Of a stretch of 64,000 nt of DNA, positions 49,771 to 61,575 are shown piece by piece; the stretch's first letter is position 1; every line of letters begins with the position of its first letter. The notes below the pieces were generated by a model. That model saw only the letters and a program-made list of their open reading frames with translations, was not told the origin of the DNA and made no database searches. Location of the stretch: assembly GCF_001194135.2 (NCBI RefSeq), contig NC_068986.1, positions 22,570,980-22,634,979 on the forward strand, in the 5' to 3' direction. Source of the DNA: Octopus bimaculoides. Lineage: Eukaryota. The position numbers and the translations under genes were made by a program.

Positions 49771-50651
49771 TAATTGAAACGAACGTGTAGTTTTGTTGGC
49801 ATGTGTATATATTTCTAGTGTGTTTTGTCAAACAATGTTAGTAATATTGTATCACTCAATCCTGTTATTTGATCATCTGTAGGAAATAATTCCTCTCTCT
49901 TTATCTGTAACTTTGTATGTATTTGTCTTTGTGTATATGTAGTTTGCTGTATGTATATGTAGACTACTGTAATACTTGATACTTTTTACTTTCTGACTAT
50001 AATTAAGGTTCAGGACTAAATAGCAGCAAGTGATATGATTGGTTAAAAAAATAAGTGGTAAACCCTAACAATAGTCATGTAAGGAAAACTTTACTTGTCT
50101 CCTCTTAGAATTTGAAGAATCAGGAAGTGCAATAATAATTGTAAATATGAAATAGTTCTGAGGGTAAAGTAAAGTATTTAGTGTTAAGGAATGGTTTTAA
50201 TTATGATTTTTGTCTTTTTTTTTCCCCCCTTAGGAAATGTTTAATTTAATTATGTTTAAGAACTTTTTGAAATGTTTGCTTTGACTTTTTTTAAATAAAT
50301 ATTATATTAAGTTTATGAATTTGATTAAATTTGTCAAATATTTTAATTATTAGGCATCCAGTTAATTTAAATTCTGTCTGTTCAAAGAAACATTAAATAA
50401 ATTCACTGGTGAAGTGTTTTTAGCTTTGTTTTGTATGAAGTAAACCCCACAATGGTATATATAGTATTGAAGTAGTTTTATATTTTGTTTTTATATAGGG
50501 ATCTTTATATGTATCACAATGTCTTTCTGTCTATCCAGGAGCTGTACAAGTGGATTATGTTTTGTGTGATTTATTAACCTGGTAATATTGGCATCTGCTG
50601 CTAGAATATTTTTATAAGAATATATATATACATGTCAAGTAGTTGGTATTA

Positions 50652-50702
<51 letters not shown>

Positions 50703-50711
50703 TCTCTCTCG
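50652..50711. repeat. (CT)n/(CTGT)n microsatellite
   Basis: Read directly from the sequence. Confidence 0.95.
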
Positions 50712-53366
50712 TCAGCTGTACTGGGATACTGCCATTACACTTTCTGCCTCTTACATATGCACATGATCATAAAATGTGTGATGGAGCAATAAAAGACTGT
50801 TTGTACGTGTACATATTGAGTCGCAATAACTGTAAGGTTATTAACCACATGGCTTGAGTTCAAATTTAATTTTAGCCATTTTGTTTTGTATTTTTTGAGC
50901 AAGGCACATGACTCAACTTCTTCCAGTTATTTTCACAAACAAAAAACATCAATTTCTCTTTTCATGGTTGAATGGTTTGCTGTCAACAAGCTTTTTACTC
51001 CATCATAGCTTTTGTTTGCAAGCAGGAATAAAGGGATATAAAATTGTGTGTTTGTAAATATATTATTTTAGGTTCAATAAAGCTTGAACAAAACCTCACG
51101 AACCCTTTTTAAGTTTGTCTGTATGCATGCATGCATAATATTTTATTATATAAATGGAATCCTCCAAGATCAGAATAATAAAAAAAAAAAAAATTTTTAA
51201 ATTCAAGTTAATAATTTATGAAATTTTAGCTTCCAATAAAATATATGCAACTCTATTTCCAGTACTGAATATTTTCTTATCTCCCTCTTTTTTCATTCTT
51301 AATTGTTTATATATCCTGTCAATGTTTATATGTCTAATTTTACATGCTGACAGTGGGCTGGATGAAACATTTTGAGCATTCTGCAGACAGATGCCTTTTC
51401 TGATTCCCAAATATCGTTGGATACCTTGTATTACTGCTGTTGTCCAGTCTGCATTGAAATAGGATTAAAATTTGTTGTCAATCAGGTAGGCTGAGGCAAG
51501 GAGAGTTATGTGCCTTTCTCATGAGCTCCAATATTCTATTATACTTGATCAACAGAACAATCACTGCTTACAGCTACTTGTCAGTTTTCTGTTGATCTAG
51601 GTTATAACAAGCACTTATGCATTGTTTCTATGTCTACTGTTGATTGTCCTTGTTTGAAAACCTGTTGTCTGGCAACTTTGACTATAAACAAAAGTTCTAT
51701 AAACATCTGGTAAAAAAAAAAAAAAAAATGATTCAAAACAAGTGTGTTGTAATTAGCACCTACTATTATCAAACTTTGCATCTCATCTATGATAATTAGT
51801 TTTAAAAATGTTATATTCATGAAAGGAATTTATTAGGATGCGATCTCAATTTTGCTCTTTTTAAAAAAAAATATTTTTCTCTCCCCCCCCCCCCCCAATG
51901 AAAATTTGTATGGAATCAGTTGTAGGTTTTGCTCTATGCAAATTTCTTGTGGATATCATCATCGTTATCATTATCGTAACCATTTTATTGCAAAAAAAAA
52001 AATCAATGTTTACTTTGGTTAGATCATTACTTTGTAGCATTGTCACTCTTTAGTATAAGTTACTCTGTTTTATCTGTTTTCTACTGTTAGGTAAGAAGTT
52101 TTAGGTCAAACAGTTCTACCACAGTTTGTTTCAATGGCTCACATTCTATAAGCTTCAATGTACTTCAAAGTTTAGTTATGTCTATATATTAATGATTTTG
52201 CTGTTACGTATCTAAGCAGACGATATTACTCCTCCCTTGTCTTCCTTAAAGAGAGCCCTTGAAAGCATAACATTGTTTGACATGTTAAAGAAACAACTCT
52301 ACACACCTCCTAATCATGAATGGTACATACATGAAGCCCTCACATTTACTAAAGATATAACCTACTTCTTCCAATCTCTTCATGGTGACCATAGGTCTAT
52401 ATCGTGCATAAATCTGCTTCTGAGCAATTTGGTTTCCTCTTCAAAGACAGAAATTATTTCTGTGCTGATAAGTTGCTAACTCTACACTGCTTGAGTATGA
52501 CCCATATTATATTACTATTCTCGAATGTCTAGGATTGTATTGCTACACTCACAAATATCCAAGTCTGCCATCAATCAGCAACATGTTACAATCACTAACA
52601 TACTAACATAGTGCTCCTTCTCCCTTCCCCCATTTCAACTACTACTATAATGGCTTTTGTTCCTTTGAACTAACAAGTTACAAAACCCATTCACTGCATC
52701 TTCTCTTGTACACTCATCTTCCTTACTGTGTGTGTGTCTCTGTCTAATTCCACACAAAATACTTTGCCCAATAGTTCTACCCCATAATACTGTAATTTCT
52801 ACCTAATCCACTTTTTTCCCCCAAGTCATCAACTTACAGAAGTTTAAGCTGAATATTAGCCCCTCTAACCATACCCATCTGTAACAGCTTGATGCAGTTA
52901 TTAACACTGTTCCCCACTCCCTTTGACCAAGTATTGAGAAAAAAAAATGAAATGAAATATTGTTTTATTCAGTGTTTATGAGTTACAATTTAATCTCAAC
53001 ATTTTCTTTTAGTAGGCTTCTCTGATTAATGACTTCCTATGTTACAGCATATTTTCATGAGAAGTTTCAGAAAATGTACACACTGAATAATGTAAATGAT
53101 GTAAGAGAATGATAGAAACATGAGGCAAATTTAACTAATAATGTATGCAGCCAGCATATGATAATGGCTATTGTAATGCATGGTGAATACCCCCCCCCCC
53201 AAAAAAAAAGAGTCCTTGTTTGCACTGTAGCTTTATAAATGACATCTTTCTGGGGGAAATGAGGGGAAATTCACTGCAGGAGAATATTGCTAAAGATAGA
53301 TATTTGTTGTTTGGTCTTGGTTGATTACAATGAAGAATTCTGTTGGAATTTTGTGAATATACTTAA

Positions 53367-53527
53367 CAGGTGATGAACTGGCAGAATTGTTGGAGCATTG
53401 GATAAATGCTTAATAACATTTCTTATGGTTCCTTGTGTTCTGAGTTCAAATTCCTCTGAGGTCAACTTTGTCTTTCATTCTTGGGTGGGTTGGGGGTTGA
53501 TAAAGAACCACTCAAGTATTGGGTAAC
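53367..53527 (+). mobile_element. SINE family C
   Basis: aggtgatgaactggcagaattg...gagttcaaattcctctgaggtcaactttgtctttcat. Confidence 0.7.
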
Positions 53528-53833
53528 AATATAATCAACATGCCTCTTCTCAGAGTTGCTGGCTTTGTGTCTATGTGAAGAATAATAATTAACATTTAAT
53601 GTGCAAATTTGGTGTATTAGATCAGAAATTTCTAAATTGGTTAAAAAATCAGTTAATTTCAAGCATTAGAAAATATTCTGCTCTCAGGCCATTTGCTTTT
53701 CTGTTATGACAATCTGGATTATGCTGAATATGATCTGTTTGCTGCAGTTGATGTATACAGGATTAACTGGTTGTTAACTCTTCTGACAACATAGCTACTG
53801 GTTTCTACTCATTTCATCTTCTGTTATCAAGAT

Positions 53834-54162
53834 TTAACCCTTACTGCATGGGAACTGTGTATACTCAGTTCTGTGCAGGTGCATTTGAGATGTGGGAATT
53901 GAGTTCACTTGTTTTTGATAGTGGGGTACTTTCCAGAACTGTCCACATTTCATAAGATGCAGTATACTCGTTTTATTTTTACTGGCCTACAGAAAGAGAT
54001 TGTGAGGACTGATTTGTGTATGATTACCATGTTATATCACCAGCATAAATTTAATCAGCGCAATGAGGGTTCAAGTTGAAGAAAAGTTATGAAACAAAGA
54101 ACATACCTCAATTTCTTCAGATGAAATTTCGGGTACTTGTCACTGTAGATTTAATGGGTTAA
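53834..54162. mobile_element. TTAA-flanked MITE, family M4
   Basis: TTAACCCTTA ... TAATGGGTTAA; short TIR. Confidence 0.55.
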
Positions 54163-54166
54163 AAAG

Positions 54167-54527
54167 GGTTCTGGGTTCAGTCCCACTGTGTGGCACCTTG
54201 GGCAAGTGTCTTCTACTATAGCCTCGGGCCGACCAAAGCCTTGTGAGTGGATTTGGTAGACGGAAACTGAAAGAAGCCTGTCGTATATATCTATATATAT
54301 ATATATGTATGTGTGTGTCTGTGTTTGTCCCCCCAACATTGCTTGACAACTGATGCTGGTGTGTTTACGTCCCCGTAACTTAGCGGTTCGGCAAAAGAGA
54401 CCAATAGAATAAGTACTAGGCTTACAAAGAATAAGTCCTGGGGTCAACTTGCTCGACTAAAGACGGTGTTCCAGCATGTCCACAGTCAAATGACTGAAAC
54501 AAGTAAAAGAGTAAGTAAAAAAGAAAA
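54167..54527 (+). mobile_element. SINE family A, 5-prime truncated, young
   Basis: Starts at ggttctgggttcagtccc; CpG-rich body; tail aaatgactgaaacaagtaaaagag. Confidence 0.92.
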
Positions 54528-54593
54528 GATCTCAAGACACTTGAAATATTCAAATTGCTTAATTAGAACAAACAACAAAGCAAATGTATTTCC

Positions 54594-54821
54594 TTAACCC
54601 TTTAGCATCTAAACCTGCCATTCCTGGCCTAAATATTCTACCTGTTTTATGTTCAAACATGCCAAATATGGCCTCTCTCATCTATTCAACAATGTCATTC
54701 TTCAAATAAACTTTCACGTCATTGAAATCTCAAAGCTGCAAGATAATGCATTATGAATTCCAAACAATATTAATAAATAAGCTTTACATATGATAGAGTA
54801 ATCGGAATGTGGAATGGTTAA
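54594..54821. mobile_element. TTAA-flanked MITE, family M1 (inverted relative to 7762)
   Basis: TTAACCCTTTAGCATCT ... ggaatGGTTAA; internal sequence is the reverse complement of 7762-7979. Confidence 0.85.
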
Positions 54822-54839
54822 ATATATGTATGTTTGTGC

Positions 54840-55071
54840 TTAACCCTTTCATTACCAACCTGGCTGAAACTGGCTCTGGCTCTGAGTATCAGAGATGTCT
54901 TGTCTTCATAAGTTTTGAATTAAAATCTTCCACCAAACCTTAGTCCCAATTTATGCTCCTTACACTAGCTGAATGATAACTAAGTTATTTCATTAAATTT
55001 TTTGTTATATTTCAAATTAATTGAAAGAAACACAGAGCATCTTGAAATAAATACAGTAACAAAAGGGTTAA
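54840..55071. mobile_element. TTAA-flanked MITE, family M2
   Basis: TTAACCCTTTCATTACCAAC ... aaaAGGGTTAA. Confidence 0.88.
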
Positions 55072-55534
55072 AGTTTATTGAAATGTTTTCTTATATAACA
55101 ATAAAATCCACAAAATAACAAGGTGTACTTGCATGTCAAGTGAATTCAAATTCAGAATTTTTGTGCATAGCAGATTGATAGGAATTTAAAGCTTGTGGCC
55201 TTAGTCTTTGTTTTCAGTGTATTTCAGCCATTTGAGTTGCTTTGCAACAGTGTTTCTCATAGGAGAGGTCTTGATTGGAGCTGTGAAGACTGAAATAAGG
55301 ACAGAAAGATTGCCATATCTAATAAAATTAAAATGGTTTGAAATTTTTTAAATTCATAGTGAAGAAAGAAGAATTACATGGATGGAAACTATTTTGTTCT
55401 CAAATTAATAGATGTGGTGGGGTGAGAAAGTTCACTAACATTTGGTGAGTGGTGATAGGTATTTTTGGAAAATCACTGCTTTACAAGCATTTTATTGTAT
55501 TATCTGTTTTTTTTTTTTTTTTACGATGTCAATG

Positions 55535-55953
55535 AGGTGCAGGAGTGACTGTGTGGTAACTAGCTTGCTTACCAACCACTCAGTTCTGGGTTCAGTCCCA
55601 CTGCGTGGCACCTTGGGTGAGTGTTTTCTACTATAGCCTCAGGCTGACCAAAGCCTTGTGAGAGGATTTGGTAGATGGAAACTGAAAGAAGCCTGTCATA
55701 TGTATATATATATATATCTATATATATGTATATGTATGTGTGTGTTTATGTCTGTGTTTGTCATCCCACCATCGCTTGACAACTGATGTTGGTGTGTTTA
55801 TGTCCCTGTACCTTAGTGGTTCAGTAAAAAAGACCGATATAAGCACTAGGCTTACAAAGAATAAATCCTGGGGTCGATTTGTTTGACTAAAGGCTGTGCT
55901 CCAGCATGGCTGCAATCAAATGATTGAAACAAATAAAAGAATAAAAGAATAAA
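55535..55953 (+). mobile_element. SINE family A, full length
   Basis: Complete head, core, central (TA)/(TG) tract and aataaaag tail. Confidence 0.92.
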
Positions 55954-56776
55954 TGGGAATATTTGTGTGTGTGTATTTAGCGAATTTCAGACTGCAGTTG
56001 CTATTACTTCAGTTACTCTGTCAATAATCATAGGCTTAGTATGAACATCACCACCTCCTATTTATCTTTCTATATGTGTAGTGTCTGAATAAGAAATAGT
56101 CAGAAGCAGATTCACCATGAGGACTGAACTTGTACCCTGCTCTTACCTTTGGTGTTCTTAGAGAAGATACTTATCTCTGCTTACCTATTCCCAAGTAAGT
56201 CAGTGTTATCTCTACTACCAGTACAATAAGTTTTCCATTTCAAATGATCTCCACTCTAATCACACCAAATCCATTAACTTTGTAATTCTGCCATCATTAC
56301 CAAATTGAGTTGCACAAACAGAATTACTCTGACCACCACCATCAATAGTTTAGAGCTAAAACAGCTCATTGAAGAAGGCGTACCTAAAAGAACCAATCTC
56401 CTAATCAATCATTTTTTTTTTATTGAACAAACTATCAACCTGTATTTGATTGAATTTGCATCAAACTTTACCAAACTTTATTATCACATCCTAAGAAATA
56501 TATTTCTTCAGTTTATTTTTAGCAAGATGATCACTTCTTCTGGAATGGTATTTTATACTAACGACTTGATTACATATCCATATACATAGAATATACATAA
56601 CCTTTTATCTGATTCAAGCTTTTACATCCATGTGTTTATATGTGTGTGTGTGGATACATATGCATGCAAACATTTGTTATGCATATGCGTATGTGTTTAT
56701 CATAAACAAATGCAGAAGTTTGTGCAGGGTACATGTATTCTGTATATGTATGTGTGCATGTGTAGATATGTAAATA

Positions 56777-56815
<39 letters not shown>

Positions 56816-57355
56816 NNNNNNNNNNNNNNNNNNNNNNNNNNNNNNNNNNNNNNNNNNNNNNNNNNNNNNNNNNNNNNNNNNNNNNNNNNNNNNNNNNNNN
56901 NNNNNNNNNNNNNNNNNNNNNNNNNNNNNNNNNNNNNNNNNNNNNNNNNNNNNNNNNNNNNNNNNNNNNNNNNNNNNNNNNNNNNNNNNNNNNNNNNNNN
57001 NNNNNNNNNNNNNNNNNNNNNNNNNNNNNNNNNNNNNNNNNNNNNNNNNNNNNNNNNNNNNNNNNNNNNNNNNNNNNNNNNNNNNNNNNNNNNNNNNNNN
57101 NNNNNNNNNNNNNNNNNNNNNNNNNNNNNNNNNNNNNNNNNNNNNNNNNNNNNNNNNNNNNNNNNNNNNNNNNNNNNNNNNNNNNNNNNNNNNNNNNNNN
57201 NNNNNNNNNNNNNNNNNNNNNNNNNNNNNNNNNNNNNNNNNNNNNNNNNNNNNNNNNNNNNNNNNNNNNNNNNNNNNNNNNNNNNNNNNNNNNNNNNNNN
57301 NNNNNNNNNNNNNNNNNNNNNNNNNNNNNNNNNNNNNNNNNNNNNNNNNNNNNNN
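56816..57355. other. Assembly gap between (TA)n and (CA)n
   Basis: N-run flanked by microsatellites. Confidence 0.95.
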
Positions 57356-57420
<65 letters not shown>

Positions 57421-58117
57421 TACACACAAACACTTTCATACAAGTTTGTTCTTATACCCCCACAGAAAATTGTGCATACCTACTTTAAATAGTGTTTTAT
57501 GCTCATATGCACAAATTTCGATATACATGTTTGCAGAGATGTACATCTATGCACAAGTCATGCAGATACACATTCCAAAAATTACTTGTTTGTAAATATT
57601 GTTTCAAAACAAAGAAATTGCAAGACATTCTGTGCAGTGTTCTTTCAAACTGGAGTGTTCATCATGTTAAACAACTGTCAGAATGAAAAAAAAATATCTG
57701 TTTGGTAGAAATCTTCTTGGGTTGCAAGAATCACTGCTTCAAACCACCATTTTCTGTAGTAACAAACAGACTCTGCTAAAATTAGAAATCTTGTTCTGTT
57801 CATTATGTGGCTGAGGAGATCTTTTAGAATTATCTTTCATCAGCAAGTGTCTCTTTACAACTGTACGAGTTGTTGCAGACATTCTGGAATGGCAGTAATG
57901 CAAAGGTACTATTATTGAATGTGTTTGTGATCGACTCTGGAGACGATTTAAGTTCTCTGTTTTACATACATACACACGTCTTCTGTTTTTCTTTTCTGTT
58001 TCCCTTGCATCAAATGTACATATACTTTTACTGTTGATATGGGTATGCTACCTTAAAATTATGAGAGTGCACCCTTAGAATTATGCAAAGAGTATAAACA
58101 GTCCAACATTCATATTC

Positions 58118-58119
58118 CT

Positions 58120-58193
<74 letters not shown>
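58118..58193. repeat. (CT)n microsatellite
   Basis: Read directly from the sequence. Confidence 0.95.
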
Positions 58194-58196
<3 letters not shown>

Positions 58197-58279
58197 GCCT
58201 AGTTTAGAATAGAGGCAGCTGATGAAGAATTAATCCAAGTGGCTATTTGTTTTTCTATGTGTTCATTCCGTTGTCCATA

Positions 58280-58397
58280 GTTCATTTTTCTAGCGTCCTG
58301 TACCCGAATATGCATCTATATACACATGTAGATGTAAGTTCATTTTTCTAACGTCCTGTACCTGAATATGCATCTATATACACATGTAGATGTAAGT
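58280..58397 (+). repeat. Tandem duplication, 2 x 58 bp
   Basis: gttcatttttcta(g/a)cgtcctgtacc(c/t)gaatatgcatctatatacacatgtagatgtaa twice, 2 mismatches. Confidence 0.95.
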
Positions 58398-58437
58398 ATG
58401 TATATATATGTGTGAATACATGTTTATATATCCATTG

Positions 58438-58492
<55 letters not shown>

Positions 58493-59499
58493 TATATACA
58501 TATATATATTATATGTATGTAATTGTAAGATCCAATATATTTTACTCAGTGGTTTTCACCAGTAGCTAGGTTATTTTTCAATTTTTCAAAACTTGTATGG
58601 TTTAGGTTTATGTTGATATAATTATTTTTCAGTTGTATATGTTTTTATTGCTAACCATTCAACCATGATCAGTCACATACATTGGAACAAGTGATTTTCT
58701 AGCTTACTTGGGCACACAACAAAAGGGTTTGATCTCACGTTAACCTTTCAACCACTGTGTCTGTCTATCTGCCAAGACTGCTGTATTAGCCTTCATGTTT
58801 GAATAATTGTCATTTTAAAGATAACCGGCTGTAAACCACTTTACAAATGTTTAAATTTGTGTGAGCATTGCTTCCATTTTGCTAAAGTGGTATAATTCCA
58901 TCTGTTGCAATGCATCTAGATTGGGTTTAAAAAGTTTGCTTCTTACAATGAAAACGTTCCACTCAGAATTCTTGGTTGTTATTGAATGCTTTCTATTAAA
59001 AATACAAAGATGGGGCAGCTGGGTGAATTACTAACCTACTTCTTACTGTTTGTGAGCTTGAAGTCAATGCAAGGACTTTGTTGTGTTTCTGGTTCAAGCA
59101 CTTTATTCTACATTGTTTTAGTTTCTTTAGGTATAAATAGATTATTTGGAATGCTACCTGTAGTAAACAGGTCATAGCCATGGAAAATTAGTTCTCTCAT
59201 CTGTTTTTCTCTCTGCCCCATAACAGTTTCTCAGGGCTTAGCAGGCATTAATAATAATAGGATGAAGTTTTATGAAAGCAAAACAAAATTATATTTTCTA
59301 TTTCATTTTAATTTGGAATGAGTTTTTTTTCTCTGTCCATTATCTAACATTTTGTTTGTTTATACTTTTAGGAAAAATATTCTCATTTTAATGATAGTAT
59401 ATAACTATAAACCACTATTTTCAGATTGTCAAAATAGCACAGTTGAGAGGGCATTAAGGCTGAAAAGGGTCTCTAGTTCAATCCTGGGTTTCAGCATTA

Positions 59500-59726
59500 T
59501 ACTCTTTACTCTTTTACTTGTTTCAGTGATTGGACTGTGGCCATACTGGAGCACCACCTTTAGTCGAGCAAATCGACCCCAGGACTTATTCTTTGTAAGC
59601 CTAGTACTTATTCTATCAGTCTCTTTTGCTGAACCGCTAGGTTATGGGGACATAAACACACCAGCATCGGTTGTCAAGCAATGTTGGGGTGACTAACACA
59701 GACACACACACACACACACACACACA
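59500..59726 (-). mobile_element. SINE family A, 3-prime half
   Basis: Tail and body up to the central (CA)n, which runs into the gap. Confidence 0.9.
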
Positions 59727-60130
59727 NNNNNNNNNNNNNNNNNNNNNNNNNNNNNNNNNNNNNNNNNNNNNNNNNNNNNNNNNNNNNNNNNNNNNNNNNN
59801 NNNNNNNNNNNNNNNNNNNNNNNNNNNNNNNNNNNNNNNNNNNNNNNNNNNNNNNNNNNNNNNNNNNNNNNNNNNNNNNNNNNNNNNNNNNNNNNNNNNN
59901 NNNNNNNNNNNNNNNNNNNNNNNNNNNNNNNNNNNNNNNNNNNNNNNNNNNNNNNNNNNNNNNNNNNNNNNNNNNNNNNNNNNNNNNNNNNNNNNNNNNN
60001 NNNNNNNNNNNNNNNNNNNNNNNNNNNNNNNNNNNNNNNNNNNNNNNNNNNNNNNNNNNNNNNNNNNNNNNNNNNNNNNNNNNNNNNNNNNNNNNNNNNN
60101 NNNNNNNNNNNNNNNNNNNNNNNNNNNNNN
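59727..60130. other. Assembly gap
   Basis: N-run. Confidence 0.95.
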
Positions 60131-60480
60131 AAAGCGTATTTAATCTCCATACCTTCGTTTTATTTGCTTTTTTCATTTTAAATTTGCTTTAACCCTAACC
60201 CTAAGGTTAGGGTTAGAGTTAGGGTTAGGGTTAGGGTTAATTGTTTCAGAATCGTTTGTTTATGTAGTCGGCACTTAATGTATATCGGCTGAATGGACGT
60301 CAGTGATTGGTTGAAATTACAGAAATACGACAACTTTAACATGGAATAATTTATGGATTTCTTTTTTTTTTAAGAAGACTAAGAGAAAAAGATGTTTTAT
60401 ATGACACATTCTACCAGTGTTCCAAGTTTCAAAGTGTTTCGTTAATGAAAAATGTGGCCCCCGTTTTAAAAAAGATCCGG
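60131..60480. mobile_element. CpG-retaining DNA-transposon-like element with internal (CCCTAA)2/(TTAGGG)5 tract
   Basis: Sharp right end ...ccccgttttaaaaaagatccgg abutting a SINE A head fragment; left end hidden in the gap; superfamily not established. Confidence 0.5.
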
Positions 60481-60582
60481 CTACAGTAGAAGACACTTGC
60501 CCAAGGTTCCACGCAGTGAGACTGAACCCAGAACTATGTGGTTGGTAAGTAAGCTACTTACCACACAACCACTCCTGCACCT
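60481..60582 (-). mobile_element. SINE family A, 5-prime part
   Basis: ctacagtagaagacacttgcccaagg...gagactgaacccagaac...ccacacaaccactcctgcacct. Confidence 0.88.
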
Positions 60583-61107
60583 ATGATGTTCTGTTTTGTT
60601 TTAGAAATTGCTTTCTGAAATCTCTGTAATTAGGAAGGGTGATAGAAAGAGGAAATTTTTTTTTTTTTGTCAGTCATATGCATATTGTTGCATGATCATC
60701 ATTATAAATAAAACTTTCTGCTGACGATTTGGTGTGTCGTTAGAGTTGTTTTATCATTGTTATCTCTGTCGACAGTGACTAACTATATATTCATTACTTA
60801 TTTAAATAGATTCATTAATTTACTGCATAAAATTATTACAATTTTATGATAAAAGATAAACATAATAGCAAGTCTATAATAAATATGTCCCATCTCAATG
60901 TTGTTAATTCAATATGTTACATTCAAAGCACTGATGAAATGTCAGTTGTTACCTCTTACCTATCTAAACCCCCCCCTCTCTTTCTCTCATTTATAGCTTC
61001 TCTTTCTACTACCTTTACTCCTGTTGAACTACTTACTTAACTTCTGTTCTAACTGCATATTCCCCTTATCTTTCACCAGCTATTAGGTAAGTGTGTCTCT
61101 TGGATGC

Positions 61108-61575
61108 ATGTATAATAATATAATAATGAAATTATTGTATACAGTGCTCAGGTGCACTATAACCTATCAAAAGTGCGTATCAAGCATATGCAATATTGTA
61201 CAAATGTCTGGAAAGTGAACAGTGTATGAGTCAGGTACATGCTTGTGTGTGTATGGAGGGGAGAAAATCAGGTGTAGTGTTGGCGAATCTCAGGAAGCAT
61301 GGAAGTTTTGAAGGATGCAGTGCTCCGACAACTAACAACTGACGCCGGTAGTTTGTTCCATACAAGTCTTAGCGTGAAAAAGTGTTTCTGAAAGTTATGG
61401 GAGCTGTGCTGTTTTCTGACTTTGTAAACATGTCCACAGGTGTTAGACAGGTGGAATTTGAAAAGGTGCTTAGTGTTATTGTTAGTAAGATGGTTAATCA
61501 TTTTATGGGCGTCTGCCAAGTCAGCTGCCAGACGTCGGAGTTTCAATGTATCCATGCCCAGGCTATGTAAGCATG
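61108..61575 (-). mobile_element. CR1-group LINE 3-prime end
   Basis: ORF 61268-61555: TLKLRRLAADL...TCGHVYKVRKQ...FFTLRLVWNKLPASVVSC..TASFK, the CR1/L2 C-terminal motif, followed by a UTR and a (TAT)n-type tail. Confidence 0.8.

Noticed and set aside
58205-58235. CTGATGA hammerhead-like core (also 1648-1666 and ~29995-30015)
   Set aside because: No correctly placed GAAA with a G-C closed stem II, and no stems I/III; at best a decayed Penelope-type motif.
60190-60239. Telomere-telomere fusion scar
   Set aside because: Order is (CCCTAA)n then (TTAGGG)n, the reverse of a fusion junction; it is very short and embedded in a repeat.
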